64,000 nt of DNA. It comes from Rhodothermales bacterium. GTDB lineage: Bacteria > Bacteroidota > Rhodothermia > Rhodothermales > Bin80. The stretch is from positions 3,215,559 to 3,279,558 of the forward strand of contig CBDHCQ010000004.1 in assembly GCA_965261255.1 (NCBI GenBank), read 5' to 3'. Below are positions 61,069 through 64,000 of the stretch, piece after piece; the stretch's first letter is position 1, and every line of letters begins with the position of its first letter. The position numbers and the translations under genes were made by a program. Below the pieces are notes generated by a model that saw nothing but the letters and a program-made list of their open reading frames with translations, was not told the origin of the DNA and did no database searches.

Positions 61069-62071
61069 TTGACTGTATCACGCTGAAATGGTCGTGTCCT
61101 GCTGGCACCAACGGTTCAACGGAGTCATCTGTTCGATGAAGCAAGATGTCTTTTTCCGTGATGACTCCAATCGTGTAAAAGGATTTCGGATTCGCCTTTT
61201 GTAGGTCATGCGCCGAAGCTGTGAAGAGTAATTCATAATCATCTCCGCCGTTGAGAGCATAATCAACTGAACCCCGCTCGAGAACGGACGCAGCCATCAG
61301 TGCTTTGGACAGCGGTAGTCTGGATTCCCATATCGTGGCTCCACACCCCGACGCTGCGCAAATATGATGTAACTCATTCGCCAATCCGTCCGAGATATCA
61401 ATGAGGGCGGAGGGGCGTATGCCCTGGGAGGCCCATTCTTTAACAAGATCTAATCGGGGGTTTGGCCGTAGGTGACGAGCGACAAGAAAATCCCAAGCCT
61501 TTGATCCAATTGCCTCGGGTTTGATTCCCTGCCGCAGAATATCCAGCCCTGCAGCGGCATCCCCCAGGGTTCCGCTCACGCATATCCTGTCACCTGGTCG
61601 GGCACCGTTTCTGTAGACGATTTCTGACGCCTTGGCTTCACCAATAACCGTAATGGTAAGCATTAGAACGGGTGCACGTGTGGTGTCTCCGCCTGCAATC
61701 TGCACCCCGTGCACGGAAGCACCAGCCGCAAGGCCTCTATAGAGCGCTTCCAGGTTTTCCATGGACACAGATCCGGGTATCCCGAGTGCTATCGTAGCCA
61801 GAACAGGGCGAGCGTTCATCGCAGCAATATCACTGAGGTTGACGGCCATGGCCTTATAGCCAGCGTCCTCCATACTGTAGAACCCAAAATCGAAATGATA
61901 TCCTTCGATCAGGGCATCTGTTGTCACCACCTGTACCCTATCGTGATTGGAGCGATAAACTGCCGCATCGTCACCGATCCCCGCAATAATCGGCGGTTCA
62001 ACATTCGGGGAACCAATTGAGGTCAGTTGATGGATCAGATTGAACTCCCCGGCCTGCTCAATACTGGACAT
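61043..62071 (-). CDS. thiL: Thiamine-monophosphate kinase
   Basis: IGDDAAVY, VVTTDALIEGYHF and AIR-synthase-like GGD motifs. I chose the ATG at 62071. The 3' end overlaps the convergent DprA-like gene by 26 nt. Confidence 0.85.
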   Translation of the reverse strand: MSSIEQAGEFNLIHQLTSIGSPNVEPPIIAGIGDDAAVYRSNHDRVQVVTTDALIEGYHFDFGFYSMEDAGYKAMAVNLSDIAAMNARPVLATIALGIPGSVSMENLEALYRGLAAGASVHGVQIAGGDTTRAPVLMLTITVIGEAKASEIVYRNGARPGDRICVSGTLGDAAAGLDILRQGIKPEAIGSKAWDFLVARHLRPNPRLDLVKEWASQGIRPSALIDISDGLANELHHICAASGCGATIWESRLPLSKALMAASVLERGSVDYALNGGDDYELLFTASAHDLQKANPKSFYTIGVITEKDILLHRTDDSVEPLVPAGHDHFSVIQSTTPPHRAP

Positions 62072-62213
62072 GGCTTCTGGAGGTGATGATTGGCAGCCGC
62101 CTATCAAGATGCACCAGTTTGGGTGGGACACTTGTTCTGTCCGCGCATTTGCAATTACGTTCGTGCATCTGCATTTCTTGATGTATAAAACTGTGCCCGG
62201 CTGATACCGTGAT

Positions 62214-63629
62214 TCACGGTGGAGCTTCAATTTTCAGTGCTTTCCAGCCGAATTTGTTCTTTTTTCGATTGAAACTGAAAACCCGAAGTGCGCTCACTGG
62301 CTTGCCGTTCATATCCTCCTGGATCAGGGCTGGGGGCACGAAAGTGTTATCGACGAAACCGAACCCCTTCTCAAGGACCATTAAGACTCCCTGTGTATGA
62401 TCGACATCTTCCATGTCTTCTGGATCACAGGGCACAGCAGCAATGACGGTTTCGTCTTCTGCAGACAATGTCAGACGCACATAGTCTCCAGGTTTGGGGG
62501 GAGCTTTCGAATCAAAAACGCTCAACCTGACGGGAAAAGTTTTGTCTCTGTTTAGATATGCACCAAAACCCTTTCCCGAGTTATGGAGGTTCTCAACAAT
62601 GGCTACTCGGTTTATTTGTTTTCCGAACAAGTAATTTGAAGCGGTGGCTGCCTGTTTTTGCAGAAAAGGTGTAAGCAGGTCTAAATCAACCTTCTCATTA
62701 TACCAAGTCTCATTGATGAGCCGTTCCATATCGGCTTTTATGTTCCATCCGTTGCTGATGTAGCAGTCCACTGCGCGCTTAACACACATGGATGCTTCAT
62801 CTTCAAATTTCTGTGTTACCAGCAACGGTGCAATTTCTTTGAGCGCAGGTAACGCAAACGTATAATCCCCATGCACACAACAGATAGCTTTTGAGAACAA
62901 CACGATGGCCGCAACCGGATCTTCTTCCTGGAACGTCATTGCTAGCGTATGCCAAGCCCATGACTCACTTTGCTTTTTCCTCAAAACTGGTAAGATATAC
63001 TCTCTTGCCTGGGCAAACTTCTTGGAGAAAATCAGACACTTAGCTTCATCATAGTCCAACCAAATTCGATTTTTCTTGTCCTTTGCTTCCTGTCTGGTTT
63101 TGGCGAAAATCTCACAAATTTGGTCTATCGTCAGTTGCTGCCGAATATTCTCATTCTCGAGCCACGCCTTTGCTACCTTCCTCGCAAACTTGAACATTAA
63201 GCTCGGCAACTCTCCTTTTGGAGACAAGTAGGGCTCCTTATCTTTATCTTCAAAAAGATCATCTAAGCGTCTGACTGACAGAAGTATTAGCTTCGGTAAG
63301 TGTTCAAGGTTTTTGTTGAACTGAAGAATCAGAGTGCGATATTCAATGCCGCCGGATGGGATATTCAGCCACTCAATCCAATCAAGAAAAGATTCAATAT
63401 GCTGTAGCTCACCTGGATTGGGCGTGTGATCACCATTGTTCTCTATCGCGCGTTGCTTGATTCCGTTTTGTATTTCCTTCAAGTATGCGTAGCACACCCA
63501 GAATAGAGCCCCCTTAGCATACTGGTCTTGGGGATTCGCCTCTGCTTCCGGACGGGCAAGCTCCCAAGCCTCTGCCAATCTCCCGGACTTACGAAGATTG
63601 GTAATTTTTTCGTTCAGTTGCCTTTCCAT
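62214..63629 (-). CDS. Hypothetical protein with a helical-repeat (TPR-like) body and a C-terminal cold-shock/OB-like domain
   Basis: The last ~70 aa have a CSD-like pattern (GVLMVLEKGFGFVDNTFVPPALI...VSALRVFSFNRKKNKFGWKALKI). The first ~330 aa are predicted helical with a repeat character. The region looks AT-richer than its neighbours. Confidence 0.5.
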   Translation of the reverse strand: MERQLNEKITNLRKSGRLAEAWELARPEAEANPQDQYAKGALFWVCYAYLKEIQNGIKQRAIENNGDHTPNPGELQHIESFLDWIEWLNIPSGGIEYRTLILQFNKNLEHLPKLILLSVRRLDDLFEDKDKEPYLSPKGELPSLMFKFARKVAKAWLENENIRQQLTIDQICEIFAKTRQEAKDKKNRIWLDYDEAKCLIFSKKFAQAREYILPVLRKKQSESWAWHTLAMTFQEEDPVAAIVLFSKAICCVHGDYTFALPALKEIAPLLVTQKFEDEASMCVKRAVDCYISNGWNIKADMERLINETWYNEKVDLDLLTPFLQKQAATASNYLFGKQINRVAIVENLHNSGKGFGAYLNRDKTFPVRLSVFDSKAPPKPGDYVRLTLSAEDETVIAAVPCDPEDMEDVDHTQGVLMVLEKGFGFVDNTFVPPALIQEDMNGKPVSALRVFSFNRKKNKFGWKALKIEAPP

Positions 63630-64000
63630 TCGAGAAATCGGTCTTGAATTGATTCAATGTCTTTACTGAGTCCGCCCCTACGACCTGGATCCTGCTGATA
63701 ACACCCTTTTTAGAGCTTGAAGCGTCCGCTGGCACATCAATCTCCAGTTTAACTTTCCCGGCATCATGTTCCGCAATTAGGTAAACCCTGTATTTATTTT
63801 CATCTGCTGATAAAATATTCCAGTTTCTGGCGGACAAATGATTCTCGAGAATCCCCACGGCCTCTGCTATATTCTTTTCCTTGAAAATTGGGGGAGTAGC
63901 AAGCAGTGTTTTGATTTCGCTTGCAAGCTCCGGTGAGCCTTCCTTAACGCGAACCCAACCAAGGGACACTTCATATTTATTGTTGTAAGAAAAACCCACA
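63589..64000 (-). CDS. Hypothetical protein; 5' end probably outside the window
   Basis: The frame is open to the window edge, it overlaps the downstream gene start by 41 nt, and I recognised no motif. Confidence 0.35.
   Translation of the reverse strand, partial: VGFSYNNKYEVSLGWVRVKEGSPELASEIKTLLATPPIFKEKNIAEAVGILENHLSARNWNILSADENKYRVYLIAEHDAGKVKLEIDVPADASSSKKGVISRIQVVGADSVKTLNQFKTDFSNGKATERKNYQSS

Noticed and set aside
62072-62213. TPP riboswitch upstream of thiL
   Set aside because: There is no CTGAGA or ACCTGATCTGGATAATGCCAGCG-type core, and the interval is too short and dissimilar.

Overview
This 64-kb chromosomal window is bacterial. I infer an FCB-group origin (Bacteroidota, Rhodothermota or Balneolota-like) from the split atpBEFHAG and atpDC operons and the many lipoprotein, beta-propeller and sulfatase genes. 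I ran no database search, so all calls rest on motifs read from the supplied translations and on repeats read from the DNA. Most of the window is housekeeping or transport: both F-ATPase operons, a bifunctional lysC-lysA, recJ, thiL, two tandem tRNA-Ser genes, a TRAP transporter, SSF, SulP and MFS transporters, TolC and MlaC-like genes, sulfatase, peptidases, and a bactofilin/M23 pair. Several accessory features stand out:

- **Candidate conflict operon (56746..61068).** It is a tightly overlapping three-gene operon: a RecQ-like helicase fused to a ComF/PRTase-like domain, followed by two divergent DprA/SLOG-like paralogs. The first paralog carries a long polyacidic tail ending in a clamp-binding-like QIDLF. 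This resembles PsyrTA but has an expanded architecture, and it is my best candidate for the novel system.
- **tnpB-only element (3044..4457).** Unlike canonical IS200/IS605 elements, it has 26-bp terminal inverted repeats and a perfect 8-bp target duplication. It interrupts a PIG-L/LmbE-family gene that also carries an in-frame TGA.
- **2.1-kb IS (8601..10692).** It has 19-bp inverted repeats and no target duplication, and it abuts a truncated duplicate of a beta-propeller gene start.
- **GC-rich sodC cassette.** It is bracketed by roughly 85-bp direct repeats copied from the lysC-lysA 3' end and terminator.
- **AT-richer islet after recJ.** It holds a PD-(D/E)xK HsdR_N-like gene, an IS1595-type transposase remnant and a small membrane ORF.
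- **AT-richer pair at the right edge.** It encodes a helical-repeat protein with a C-terminal cold-shock-like domain.

I saw no CRISPR array and no rRNA.
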